Part shown: piece by piece, positions 1 to 11,000 of the stretch | Numbering within the stretch: the stretch's first letter is position 1 | How the letters are laid out: each line of letters starts with the position of its first letter | DNA from: Candidatus Nomurabacteria bacterium | GTDB lineage: Bacteria > Patescibacteriota > Minisyncoccia > Phycocordibacterales > UBA9973 | Length of the DNA: 64,000 bases | Reading direction: 5' to 3' | Assembly (NCBI GenBank): GCA_052035195.1 | Contig: JBPOHU010000001.1 | Coordinates: 13,713-77,712 of the forward strand | The notes under the pieces: generated by a model | The model's database searches: none | Told to the model about the DNA's origin: nothing | Seen by the model: the letters and a program-made list of their open reading frames with translations, nothing else | Made by a program: the position numbers and the translations under genes

Positions 1-414
1 GAACAAGTAAAGACAACTATTGGAAGCGCAGTAGAGACAGAATATTCTGAGCTTGAGGTGCGAGGTAGAGATCTTATCACAGGTCTCCCTAGAGCTCTTG
101 TTGTAACTGATGGTGATATTAGAGAAGCACTGGGTTATCCTGTATCACTTTTAGTTGCTGGTATTCGTGAAGTTCTTGAAACAGCTCCACCAGAGATGAT
201 TTCTGATATTTTATCTTCAGGAGTTATCCTAACTGGAGGAGGAGCGTTACTTAAAGGCCTTCCTGCTCTTTTGCAACAAGAGCTTAAGCTTCCTATTTAT
301 ATTGCCGAAGACCCACTATCTGCTGTTGTTCGCGGTACTGGTATTATTTTAGAATCTTTCGAAGAATATAAGAGTGTACTTCTTTCAATAGATGATCATG
401 TCACCGTATCGTAA
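1..414 (+). CDS. mreB: Rod shape-determining protein MreB, C-terminal portion (5' end lies outside window)
   Basis: Frame-1 ORF is open from position 1. Translation (..GLPRALVVTDGDIREALGYPV..ILTGGGALLKGL..IAEDPLSAVVRGTG) matches the C-terminal subdomains of actin-like MreB. mreC follows immediately. Confidence 0.85.
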   Translation, partial: EQVKTTIGSAVETEYSELEVRGRDLITGLPRALVVTDGDIREALGYPVSLLVAGIREVLETAPPEMISDILSSGVILTGGGALLKGLPALLQQELKLPIYIAEDPLSAVVRGTGIILESFEEYKSVLLSIDDHVTVS

Positions 415-1138
415 TACAAAAAAGAAATATTTTTATACTTTTATTCTAATAATTATTAGTTTAGTTATTTTGTGGCGTATAGCTTCTTGGGTTAGAAACT
501 TTCGAGGTGCTATTTTGCCTGTATATAGTGATTCTGCTTCTCTGGTTTTTAATTCTAAACAATCTTTAATAAAAAAGATTTTAGCTCTGCAGAGTGAGAT
601 AGATGCAAATAAAGCTTCTCTTATTTCTCTTGATGCTCTTGATAAAGAAAATCAAAAATTAAAAAGTGAATTAGGTAGAGATATTAGTGGACATAAAGGC
701 GTAATGGCTAGGGTTATTGTTCCACCAAATAGATCTTTGTATGACACTCTTATTTTAGATATGGGGCATGAAGAAGGTGTTTTTGTAGGTCAAAATGTAT
801 ACGCTTTTGATTCTATTGCTCTTGGTACTATATCTGATACTAAGGCTCATAGTTCTACTGTTCTTTTGTATAGTTCACCAAATAGAGAAACTGTTGGATC
901 TGTTTCCGGCAGTGATCTTACTGTTACCTTAATAGGTCGTGGAGCAGGAGAGTACGAAGTACGAATGCCTAGAGATATTGTTTTTGAACAAGGAGGAATA
1001 ATCACAGAGCAAACATTAAAACTTAATCCAATAGCAGTTATTCAAAAAATAGTTACAGATCCAAGAGATCCATTTCAAAGACTTCTTGCAAAAGTACCAG
1101 TAAACCTTCAAACACTTAAGTACGTGGTGGTGAAGTAG
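392..1138 (+). CDS. mreC: Rod shape-determining protein MreC
   Basis: Overlaps the mreB stop. N-terminal TM helix, coiled-coil segment (QSEIDANKASLISLDALDKENQKLKSEL), then a beta-rich domain (GVMARVIVPP..YDTLILDMGHEEGVFVGQNV) typical of MreC. Confidence 0.75.
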   Translation: MIMSPYRNTKKKYFYTFILIIISLVILWRIASWVRNFRGAILPVYSDSASLVFNSKQSLIKKILALQSEIDANKASLISLDALDKENQKLKSELGRDISGHKGVMARVIVPPNRSLYDTLILDMGHEEGVFVGQNVYAFDSIALGTISDTKAHSSTVLLYSSPNRETVGSVSGSDLTVTLIGRGAGEYEVRMPRDIVFEQGGIITEQTLKLNPIAVIQKIVTDPRDPFQRLLAKVPVNLQTLKYVVVK

Positions 1139-1160
1139 GAGAGGAAAATAAGTATTACTA

Positions 1161-1350
1161 AAAAGAATATTATATTTGTATCTGCGGGGGCAATCACTTA
1201 CGTTTTAGCGGTCCTCGATACAAATATAATATTCTTTTTAGTTAGAACAAAAGTTTTTGGAGAAAAGATAAATAAAAGAAGTACTCATTTTGTATCGAGG
1301 ACTGTTTGAGCGCATAGCGAGTTCCGCAGATAAAAATGAGTACTTCTTTT
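1161..1350. repeat. Two tandem, mutually related palindromic elements (22-bp and ~17-bp perfect inverted repeats with 34-41 nt GC-richer loops)
   Basis: 1161-1182 AAAAGAATATTATATTTGTATC is the exact reverse complement of 1217-1238. 1275-1291 AAAAGAAGTACTCATTT pairs with 1334-1350. The loop of the second element (GTATCGAGGAC..CCGCAG) is approximately the reverse complement of the first loop. Lies between the mreC stop and tgt. Confidence 0.5.
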
Positions 1351-1395
1351 ATGTCTTAGTTTCAAAAAAAGTATCAATGTAGTAAAGTATCAAAT

Positions 1396-2580
1396 ATGAA
1401 ATTCTCTATAGAGAAAAAACTAGAGGGAACCCTTGCTCGTGCGGGAACCATTGAGACTAAAAACGGAGTTATTCAAACTCCGGCTTTTGTGACTGTTGGT
1501 ACTAAGGCTACAGTTAAGGCTTTGACTGCAGAACAAATAAGAAGCCTAGGGGCTCAGGTTGTGCTTGCAAATACGTATCATTTGTACCTTCAGCCGGGAA
1601 CAGAGATAGTAGAAAAAGCTGGAGGCTTCGGTCCTTTTATGGATTGGCATGGGCCAACCATGACAGACTCTGGGGGCTTTCAAGCTTTCTCTCTAGGCGC
1701 TGCTTTCGGAAGCGCTGTATCAAAAGTAGCTTCTGCGGATGCACCAGTAGAAGATATTTCTCCAGTTGCTGGGCAACTTGCGAATGTCACAGATGAAGGC
1801 GTAACTTTCAAAAGTCATATAGATGGTTCTATGCACCTATTTACTCCAGAGAGTTCTATGGAGGCACAGTGGTCCCTCGGTGCTGATATGATTTTTGCAT
1901 TTGATGAGTGCACTAGTCCAACAGCTCCTTATGAATACCAAAAGAAATCTCTTGCTAGAACAGAGAGTTGGGCAAAACGTTGTCTTATTCGGCACAATGA
2001 ATTAGATAAAGAAAATAAACAAGCTCTATTTGGTGTTGTACAGGGCGGAAGACATCAAGATCTTCGTGAAGAAGCCGCAAGAACTATGGGGGCGCTTCCT
2101 TTTGATGGATATGGTATTGGTGGCTCTTTTACTAAGGATGATATTGCTACTGCTGTAGCTTGGGTAAATAAAATTCTTCCAGAAGATAAACCAAGACATC
2201 TTCTTGGAATAGGAGAGCCGAGAGATCTTTTTGATGCCGTAGAATCCGGTTGTGATTTATTTGATTGTATTGCTCCAACACGTATGGGTAGACACGGAAC
2301 ACTACACACTTCAAAGGGTAGGTTAAATATTCGCAACGCTATTTTTGTAAAAGATTTTTCACCTATAGAAGATGGTTGCTCTTGTTACACATGCCTTCAT
2401 CATAGTCGCGCATATTTAGCTCATTTATTTAGAGCAGATGAAATGACTGCTGCAACACTTGCTTCAATACATAATATTCATTTTATACTCCGCCTCGTTG
2501 AGAAAATGAGAGATTCTATATTAGATGGTTCTTTCTTGGAATATAAAAATAGCTTTTGTTCAAACTATTACAATAAGTAG
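1396..2580 (+). CDS. tgt: Queuine tRNA-ribosyltransferase (tRNA-guanine transglycosylase)
   Basis: N-terminal GTIETKNGVIQTPAFVTVGT, catalytic DEC motif (FAFDECT) and C-terminal zinc site CSCYTC..H are all characteristic of Tgt. Confidence 0.9.
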   Translation: MKFSIEKKLEGTLARAGTIETKNGVIQTPAFVTVGTKATVKALTAEQIRSLGAQVVLANTYHLYLQPGTEIVEKAGGFGPFMDWHGPTMTDSGGFQAFSLGAAFGSAVSKVASADAPVEDISPVAGQLANVTDEGVTFKSHIDGSMHLFTPESSMEAQWSLGADMIFAFDECTSPTAPYEYQKKSLARTESWAKRCLIRHNELDKENKQALFGVVQGGRHQDLREEAARTMGALPFDGYGIGGSFTKDDIATAVAWVNKILPEDKPRHLLGIGEPRDLFDAVESGCDLFDCIAPTRMGRHGTLHTSKGRLNIRNAIFVKDFSPIEDGCSCYTCLHHSRAYLAHLFRADEMTAATLASIHNIHFILRLVEKMRDSILDGSFLEYKNSFCSNYYNK

Positions 2581-2771
2581 ATTACTTTTTTAATAAGAGT
2601 ATAATATTGTTCATATGACACTTAGACGTTCACTTATGTACTTCCTTTTATTTACTGTTTTTGCATCTTTTTTTACTTACAGAATAATAGTTCGAGCCTA
2701 CGATACAGCCTATTCTTACGACTTAGATACTTTGGTAAATTAGTTTTCCAAGAGGCTACATTTTCTATATA

Positions 2772-4847
2772 ATGCCTTTTATGGATAGATTTGAGCTTGT
2801 TAGCGATTTTAAACCAGGAGGAGACCAACCAGAAGCCATCAAGGGGCTTATTTCTGGCCTTAAGGATGGTCTCCATATGCAAACCCTTCTTGGTGCCACA
2901 GGTACAGGTAAAACCTTTACTATGGCCAATATTATCGCTCATGAACAAAAACCTACTCTTATAATTGCTCATAATAAAACCTTGGCAGCTCAACTAGCGA
3001 GTGAGTTCAAAAGCTTTTTTCCAAACAATGCAGTGCATTATTTCGTCTCATATTATGACTATTACCAACCAGAAGCATATCTGCCAACAACTGATACATA
3101 TATTGAAAAAGACGCACAAATCAACAAAGAGATAGATAGACTTCGCCATGCTACAACACAAAGCCTTTTAACAAGAAAGGACGTAATAATAGTTGCCTCT
3201 GTTTCTTGTATATATGGATTGGGTTCACCTGTTGAATATGAAAAGGTAAATTTTAAAATAGAAAAAGGTATGTCTCTTAGTCGTACTGAAGCGATGCAAA
3301 GACTTGTAGCTATTCATTATGAGAGAACAAACGCTGATCTTTCACCGGCTCAATTTCGGGCTCTAGGTAATACCATAGAAGTAATGCCTGTTTCAGAGAC
3401 TATTCAATACAGAATACTTTTCTCTGGTAATAAAGTAGAAGAAATTTTAAAAGTCGATCCTGTATCTTCTAGAATATTGCAAGAAGAAAATAGTGTTTTT
3501 ATTTTCCCGGCTAAGCACTTCATAACAGCGCCAGAACAAAAAGATCGTGCCGTAAAAGCAATAGCAAGTGAGCTTAAAGATCAACTTGCGTATTTTGAAA
3601 AAGAAGGGAAGTTGCTTGAGGCTGAAAGAATAAAAAGGCGTACAACTTATGACATGGCAATGATAAAAGAAATGGGCTATTGCTCAGGCATAGAAAACTA
3701 TTCACGACTTCTCTCGGGCAAGGCGCCAGGAGAACCACCAGAGACTCTTCTTTCGTATTTTCCTCATGACAAAGATGGTAATCCAGAGTTTTTACTTTTC
3801 ATAGATGAATCTCATGTGACTTTGCCTCAACTTGGAGCTATGTATGCTGGTGATGCTTCTCGAAAAAGTACTCTTGTTGAGTTCGGTTTTCGTTTGCCGA
3901 GTGCAAAAGATAACAGACCTCTTAAGTTTGAAGAATTTAAAGAGCGAATTGGTCAGACTATTTTTGTTTCAGCGACACCAGGAAAACACGAAGCAGAATT
4001 GAGTGAAAAAACAGTACAACAAATCATCAGACCAACAGGCTTAGTTGATCCTGAAGTAATAGTTAGGCCTATTTTGGAAAAAAATAATTATCTTGGCCAA
4101 GTTCAAGACTTTATAGATGAATCTCTGTCAGAAATAAAAAAAGGCGGTCGGGTACTTGCAACAACGCTTACTAAAAAAATGGCAGAAGACTTGTCTGCTT
4201 ATTTAAAAGAAAAAGGCGTAAAGGCAGAATACATGCACAGTGATATCAAGACGATAGAGCGTATTCAAATAATTACTAAGTTTCGTAAGGGTGCCTTTGA
4301 TGTATTAGTTGGAGTTAACTTGCTTCGAGAAGGTCTCGATATGCCAGAGGTATCTCTTATAGGTATTTTGGATGCTGACAAAGAAGGCTTCTTGCGGAGT
4401 GAAGTCTCTCTTATTCAAACTATTGGCCGAGCAGCTCGAAATGCAAATGGACGTGTGATTTTGTACGCTGATCAGATTACTGGAAGCATGGAACGCGCTA
4501 TGAGCGAAACAAAGCGTCGTCGTGATGTACAGCTCGCTTATAATAAAAAGCACGGTATCACCCCAGTAACTATTTCTAAAGCTATTAATGATATTACTGA
4601 AGGTATGGAAAGTGATCATGCTAAGGCTGTGAACGCTGAGCTTGCTCTTGATATGGAACTCTTTGCTGCAGTAGAAGCAGCAAGCAAAGGTAAAAAGGGA
4701 AGAGGGAAGAAAAATCCTATTGAAAAACTAATTGCAATAAAAGAAGCTGAAATGAAAGAAGCGGTCAAAGTTCTCGACTTCGAAACTGCTGCAATACTCC
4801 GTGATGAGATAGGAGTTTTAAAAGAAAAGACTTATATAAATTCATAG
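2772..4847 (+). CDS. uvrB: Excinuclease ABC subunit B
   Basis: Walker A GATGTGKT, beta-hairpin region YFVSYYDYYQPEAY, helicase motifs and a C-terminal UvrB/UvrC interaction helix (LDFETAAILRDEI). Confidence 0.95.
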   Translation: MPFMDRFELVSDFKPGGDQPEAIKGLISGLKDGLHMQTLLGATGTGKTFTMANIIAHEQKPTLIIAHNKTLAAQLASEFKSFFPNNAVHYFVSYYDYYQPEAYLPTTDTYIEKDAQINKEIDRLRHATTQSLLTRKDVIIVASVSCIYGLGSPVEYEKVNFKIEKGMSLSRTEAMQRLVAIHYERTNADLSPAQFRALGNTIEVMPVSETIQYRILFSGNKVEEILKVDPVSSRILQEENSVFIFPAKHFITAPEQKDRAVKAIASELKDQLAYFEKEGKLLEAERIKRRTTYDMAMIKEMGYCSGIENYSRLLSGKAPGEPPETLLSYFPHDKDGNPEFLLFIDESHVTLPQLGAMYAGDASRKSTLVEFGFRLPSAKDNRPLKFEEFKERIGQTIFVSATPGKHEAELSEKTVQQIIRPTGLVDPEVIVRPILEKNNYLGQVQDFIDESLSEIKKGGRVLATTLTKKMAEDLSAYLKEKGVKAEYMHSDIKTIERIQIITKFRKGAFDVLVGVNLLREGLDMPEVSLIGILDADKEGFLRSEVSLIQTIGRAARNANGRVILYADQITGSMERAMSETKRRRDVQLAYNKKHGITPVTISKAINDITEGMESDHAKAVNAELALDMELFAAVEAASKGKKGRGKKNPIEKLIAIKEAEMKEAVKVLDFETAAILRDEIGVLKEKTYINS

Positions 4848-4849
4848 AT

Positions 4850-5311
4850 ATGTATTCTTTCTCATTATTTTCTTCGCCTATAACCTTCCCGTTTTGTTTT
4901 GCGGTGCACACTTGGGTCGTTTTAGAATCTCCAGAGCTGGGTGTCAAAAGATACGAGATACACAAATTTTTTAATAATAAGACAGGTAATTATTTATACG
5001 TAAACGCTCAGGCCCCAAATGAAGGGATGTCTATTTTTATGATTCCAAAAAAGTTTTATTCAAAAAATAGGTTTAAATCAAGATGTATTTTTAAATTAAC
5101 AGGATTGCAAGCAAAAAATGTTATTGAAAATATAGAGAATAACATCAGTAAATATCCGTATTTAAATAAATATAGTTTATACCCTGGCCCTAACTCAAAC
5201 ACCTTTACTAGGTGGGTATTAGATTTGAACATTACTACTAAAGATTTAAACTTACCTTTTAACGCTTTCGGAAGGTTTTTTAATCGTTCTTTGGATATTG
5301 AGGCGTTATAA
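4850..5311 (+). CDS. Hypothetical protein (153 aa) wedged between uvrB and uvrA
   Basis: ORF starts 3 nt after the uvrB stop. No recognizable motif beyond a hydrophobic N-terminus. Confidence 0.4.
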   Translation: MYSFSLFSSPITFPFCFAVHTWVVLESPELGVKRYEIHKFFNNKTGNYLYVNAQAPNEGMSIFMIPKKFYSKNRFKSRCIFKLTGLQAKNVIENIENNISKYPYLNKYSLYPGPNSNTFTRWVLDLNITTKDLNLPFNAFGRFFNRSLDIEAL

Positions 5312-5351
5312 AAACAGTTTAATTTAGTAATACAAATCGTATACCAATTTT

Positions 5352-8006
5352 GTGGTACAATCGCTTATATTTATGAAGAAAGACGGGCAAAAAAATGAAT
5401 TAAAAGAAGGGCTTATTGTCGTAAAGGGAGCCCGGACACACAATCTCAAGAATGTGTCTGTTGAGATGCCTCGTGGCAAAATGATAGCTATTACAGGGCT
5501 CTCTGGTAGCGGTAAGAGTTCTCTTGCTTTTGATACTATTTTTGCAGAAGGACAGCGTCGTTATGTTGAAAGTCTCTCTTCTTACGCTCGACAATTTTTG
5601 AACCAAATGCCCAAGCCGGATGTAGATGAAATCAGTGGTCTTTCTCCTGCTATTTCTATTGACCAAAAGTCTCGCTCAAATAATCCTCGTTCAACAGTCG
5701 CAACCATCACTGAGATGTATGATTACATGCGTGTACTCTATGCTCGTGTAGGTAAGGCTCACTGTCCGGTCTGTGATACCTTGATTCAAAAACTTTCTAT
5801 TGAAGAGATAAATGGTTTTATTTTGCAAAAGATTAAAGACCTCTCTAAAAAACAAAAAGACAAAACTGTTATGGGTGTATCTTGGAATGATACTCGTATA
5901 CAGATATACGCACCTTTGGTACGAGGAAGAAAAGGAGAGTACTATCAACTTCTTTATGATTTAATAGGTAAAGGTTTTAGTACAGCTCGTATAGATGGCA
6001 AAATTCATAAACTTCGCGATAAGTTAGAAATAAAAAAGAACGATAAGCACACTATAGAAGTGTTGGTAGATGAATTAGCTGTACACGAATTTAAAGATAA
6101 TCCTAGAGATGCTGAGCTTCGTCTTTTTGAAGCTGTTGAGCGAGCACTTCTTGAAGCAGATGGATTGGTACAAGTTGTTTTTGGTGTGTCAGAAGATTTT
6201 GATCTTCAAACAGAACCGATACAAGAGTTTTTGATGTCTTCAAAGTTTTCTTGTCCTAATGATGGGTATTCATTTCCTGAGATTGAGCCTAGGCTTTTCT
6301 CTTTTAACTCTCCTTATGGAGCATGTCCAGAGTGTAACGGTTTGGGTAGTAAGTTTTTTGGAGGAACAGAGGTGTGCGATGTTTGTGGAGGAAAAAGACT
6401 TCGACCTGAAGCATTAAATGTCTTTTTGGGAGAAGATAAAAAAAGAATAAATATAGTAGACCTCACAACCCTCTCTGTTGAACAAGCTTTTGATTTTTTT
6501 GGATCACTTAAACTCTCTGCAAAAGATAGGGAAGTTGCTAATGCTGTTCTAAAAGAAATAGAAGATAGATTAGTTTTTCTCTTAAATGTTGGACTTGAAT
6601 ATTTAAGTTTAAATCGAACAGCCAATACTCTCTCTGGTGGTGAGGCTCAGCGTATCCGTCTTGCTTCACAGCTTGGCTCTCGATTGGTAGGGGCTATGTA
6701 CGTACTTGATGAACCAACTATTGGACTTCACCAAAGAGACAATGAACGTCTCATTAAGACCTTGGAAGAGTTAAGAGATGCAGGAAATACTATTATTGTC
6801 GTGGAGCATGATGAAGATACTATTTATGCATCGGACTACCTTGTTGATATTGGACCAGGTGCAGGAATACACGGAGGGCAAGTTATTGTTTCTGGTTATT
6901 TAGACAAACTTCTTTCAGCTAAGAAAAATGAAAGCGGATCTAGGACACTTGCTTATTTGCGCAAAGAAGAAGAAATAGAAACACCAGATAAGCGTCGTGA
7001 TACAGATAAGGGCACTATAAAAATAATTGGTGCAAACTTGCACAATATTCATAATCAAAATATAGATGTTCCACTTGGAAAAATGGTTGCTATAACAGGC
7101 GTATCTGGAAGTGGTAAAAGTACTTTCTTGTACGACATTTTGTACAAAAATCTTCAAGCGCGTTTTGAAAGAAAGCTTCGTAGTGCCAAAGTTTATAACT
7201 GTGCTTCATTTACTGGTACAGAATACTTGGCACGAGCTATTATGATTGATCAGTCTCCGATAGGAAGAACTCCACGAAGTAATATTGCCACCTATACTGG
7301 TGCATTTACTCATATCAGAGAAATATTTGCTCAGACAGAAGAAGCAAGACTTCGAGGTTGGAAGGTTAATAGATTCTCTTTCAATGTTAAAGGTGGGCGA
7401 TGTGAAGCTTGTGAGGGTAATGGTGAAATAGCTGTAGAAATGCACTTCTTGCCAACAGTTTACGTCACCTGTGATGTTTGTAATGGAAAGCGTTTTGATA
7501 AAGAAACATTAACTGTAAAATATAAACGTAAAAGCATTTATGACGTACTTCAGATGTCTGTAGAAGAAGGTCTTGAATTCTTTTATGAAATACCAGCTAT
7601 TTATGACAGACTCAAAACTCTAAGTGAAGTTGGTCTTGGTTATGTAAAGCTCGGTCAGAGCGCCACAACACTCTCTGGTGGAGAAGCTCAAAGAGTAAAG
7701 ATAGCTTCAGAGCTTTATCGTCCATATTTAGAAAAGACAATGTATCTACTAGATGAGCCTACTGTCGGACTGCACTATGATGATGTTAAAAATCTTATCG
7801 GAGTCCTAAATAGATTGGTTGCCAAGGGTAACACTGTTGTAGTTATTGAACACAATCTTGATCTTATAAAGTGCGCTGATCATCTTATAGATTTTGGACC
7901 ACAAGGAGGTGTTGCCGGAGGAAAAATAATTGCGAAAGGTACACCAGAAGAAGTCGCAAATAATAAGCATAGTTTTACAGGGGAATACCTTAAAAAGATA
8001 CTTTGA
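5352..8006 (+). CDS. uvrA: Excinuclease ABC subunit A
   Basis: Two ABC ATPase modules (GLSGSGKSSLAFDTI and GVSGSGKSTFLYDIL Walker A; LSGGEAQR signatures twice) and zinc-finger Cys clusters (CPVCDT, CPECNG, CEACEG, CDVCNG). The start could be the downstream ATG at about 5373. Confidence 0.95.
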   Translation: MVQSLIFMKKDGQKNELKEGLIVVKGARTHNLKNVSVEMPRGKMIAITGLSGSGKSSLAFDTIFAEGQRRYVESLSSYARQFLNQMPKPDVDEISGLSPAISIDQKSRSNNPRSTVATITEMYDYMRVLYARVGKAHCPVCDTLIQKLSIEEINGFILQKIKDLSKKQKDKTVMGVSWNDTRIQIYAPLVRGRKGEYYQLLYDLIGKGFSTARIDGKIHKLRDKLEIKKNDKHTIEVLVDELAVHEFKDNPRDAELRLFEAVERALLEADGLVQVVFGVSEDFDLQTEPIQEFLMSSKFSCPNDGYSFPEIEPRLFSFNSPYGACPECNGLGSKFFGGTEVCDVCGGKRLRPEALNVFLGEDKKRINIVDLTTLSVEQAFDFFGSLKLSAKDREVANAVLKEIEDRLVFLLNVGLEYLSLNRTANTLSGGEAQRIRLASQLGSRLVGAMYVLDEPTIGLHQRDNERLIKTLEELRDAGNTIIVVEHDEDTIYASDYLVDIGPGAGIHGGQVIVSGYLDKLLSAKKNESGSRTLAYLRKEEEIETPDKRRDTDKGTIKIIGANLHNIHNQNIDVPLGKMVAITGVSGSGKSTFLYDILYKNLQARFERKLRSAKVYNCASFTGTEYLARAIMIDQSPIGRTPRSNIATYTGAFTHIREIFAQTEEARLRGWKVNRFSFNVKGGRCEACEGNGEIAVEMHFLPTVYVTCDVCNGKRFDKETLTVKYKRKSIYDVLQMSVEEGLEFFYEIPAIYDRLKTLSEVGLGYVKLGQSATTLSGGEAQRVKIASELYRPYLEKTMYLLDEPTVGLHYDDVKNLIGVLNRLVAKGNTVVVIEHNLDLIKCADHLIDFGPQGGVAGGKIIAKGTPEEVANNKHSFTGEYLKKIL

Positions 8007-8076
8007 CAGTAACGCTCTATTGTTTCAAAGATAGATAATAATTGCTCATACGCCTTAGCTTGCATATAATCAAGGC

Positions 8077-11000
8077 ATGAAAAAAAAGAATATTTTGTTT
8101 GGTGCTTCATTAGCCGTTTTTATTAGTGTTTTAGGTTTTGTGTTTTTTGAGCCTGTTTCAGCTAGTTCAAAGACTTTTTTAGTAGATTTTGGACGTCAAG
8201 ATTTATCAACATCTGTTTCTGGTTGGAATAATATAACTAATCCTTCCCTAGGAACAAATTCTAATCTCGTTGATTCGACAGGTGCATCATCAAGTTTGAA
8301 TTTACAAATTTCAAATGCATTTGTAACCAATGCGAGTTATCCAACATATTCTGCAAATAACGGAGGTACAACAGCTAGTACTGTCTATCCAGCAAGTGCA
8401 ACTCGGGATTCCTTTTATCTTACTCCTTACGGAACAACAGCTGATACTGCTGGTCAGATAACTATAAGTGGTCTTAATAATGACGCTTCTTACACATTTA
8501 AATTTTTTGCATCTAGAGTAGATTCATCGACAGCCGCACGAACAGCTCAATATACTATAGGAACAAAATCTAGCACTCTTAATGCTACAAACAATGTAAA
8601 TTCTATTGCTCAAATTCAAGATGTAGTTCCAACAAATGGTTCTATTGTAATTAATGTTTCTATTTTGTCTGGTTCAAGTTATGCCTATTTAGGAGCTCTT
8701 GAGATTGTCGAAAATTCTTCAACAACCCCAACAAATATTAATCCAGTTGCAAATGCTGGTTTAGATCAGTCTATTTTACTTCCTATAAATTCAGTGACAT
8801 TTTCAGGCTCAGGTACAGATACAGATGGCTCTATAGTTGGGTATAGTTGGTCTCGAATTTCTGGAACAGGGGCTATCACATCACCTTCTTCTGCTTCAAC
8901 TACAATTACAGGACTTTTACAGGGAACATCGGTATTTCAGTTAACTGTTATTGATAATCAAGGTGCTCTTGGGACAGACACGGTTTCAGTAGTTGTAAAC
9001 CCTGGTACCCCTTCAAACGTTTCTCCTTCTGTTAATGCTGGTACAGATCAAACCATCACCCTCCCAATATCTTCAGTTACCCTCACAGGTTCTGCTACTG
9101 ACACCGACGGAACTATCTCTTCATACTCATGGACTAAAATTTCAGGTACTGGAGGAACTATCACATCACCATCTTCTGCTTCAACTACAATTATAGGACT
9201 ATCTGCAGGTTCATACACCTTCCGTCTTAGTGTTACTGATGATGATGGGGCTGTATCTTCTGATACTTTAGTGGTGGTTGTTAATCCTCAAACCGTAGGA
9301 GTTTGTCCTGTTCCACAAAAGATCGTTATTCTTGGCTCTTCAACCGCAGCAGGAAATGCAGCATCTTCATATCAAAATTCTTGGGCAGGAAGGTTGGCCA
9401 CATATGGTCAATCACAGAATCCAGGAGGGCAAATTATTAATCTTGGCATGTCTACATATACGACTTATCATATTTTAGCTACTGGATCATCTACTCCTTT
9501 AGATAGACCTACTCCTGATACAGCAAGAAACATTACCCGAGCACTTAGTTATTCTCCAGATGCAATTATTATTAATATGCCAACAAATGATGCTGCCAAC
9601 GGATACTCTCTTGCTGAACAACAGGCAAACTTTATTTCTTTGGCTCAAATTGCTGCTGATGCAGGTGTTGATTTATGGATAACAACAACACAGCCCCGTA
9701 ACTTAAACTCTTCACAAAGAGCTCAGCTTATAACAATGAGAGATTGGATTAACCAACAGTTCGGTTTAAAAGCAGTTGATTTTTGGACAACAGTTGCAAA
9801 TGCTGACGGCACAATAAATTCAACATATAATTCAGGTGACGGAATTCACCTAAATGATGCTGGTCATTTAGTACTATTTAATAGTTTGCTTTCTGAAAAT
9901 ATATACGATGTACTTTGTACTGCTAATTCAAATGTTTCTCCTTCTGCTAACGCTGGCACAGATCAATCTATTACTCTTCCGATAAGTTATCTTACCCTCA
10001 CAGGCTCAGGTACAGACTCAGACGGAACTATCTCTTCATACTCATGGACTAAGGTATCAACACTAGCAGGAACTATCACATCTCCATCTTCTGCTTCTAC
10101 TACTATCACTGGTTTAGCACAAGGTACTCATACCTTCCGTCTTACTGTTACAGACAATGGAGGATTAACTGCGAGTGATGATGTGGTGGTTGTGGTGAAT
10201 GCTGATCCGCTTCTTCAAAGTGCAACTACTATTGCTGGATATAATGCGATTGTTCACCTTCCAGGAGATTATGGACAAACTGGAACAAAACAGTATCCAT
10301 TAATATTATTCTTCCCGGGATTGTCTGAAGCTGGTACTGGAAATGTATACGACCTATTGTCTTATGGACCATCAGCTTTTATTGCAGCAGGTAACCCTAT
10401 GGAGTTTAATGTTAACGGTGTAGTAGAAAAGCCAATTGTTATATCGGTTCAAACCGGTCAATGGCCACAACCTTCTATTATAAATACTATTCTTTCAAAT
10501 ATCACATCTCAGTATAGGGTGGATAGTGCTCGGATTTATTTAACAGGTCTTTCAATGGGTGGATGGACAGTTGACACCTATGTAAGTGAAAATGAGACAT
10601 ATGCAAATAAAATTGCCGCAGTAGTAGCAGTTCAGCCAGCTGGTATGGATAATCCAGTTTCTCAAATGAGCACATTTGCTTCTGCTGGTGGTAAATGGTG
10701 GGGGATAAGAGGTATAAATGATGTATGGGGAACAGAAGTACCAACTATTGTCACAAATATGAACAGTCTATCTCCAGGGTCAGCCCGAGGTACTACTGTT
10801 GCTTCTGGTCAGCCTGGATCTACTCATTGTTGCTGGAATACATTTTATGACCCTGTTACATGGGCAACTAATAGCTCAAATAGTTACAGCGAAAGTATTT
10901 ATGAATGGATGCTTAAGCAATCAAAGAATTTTAATCAAGCACCTACTATTTCTTTTGATCCTATTACAATAAATCTGTCTGCAAATGTTGTTGACACCGA

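Noticed and set aside
2055-2336. Minus-strand 93-aa ORF inside tgt, and similar antisense ORFs inside uvrA, uvrB, topA and others
   Set aside because: They are fully embedded antisense to well-supported conserved genes, with low-complexity translations. Standard spurious shadow ORFs.
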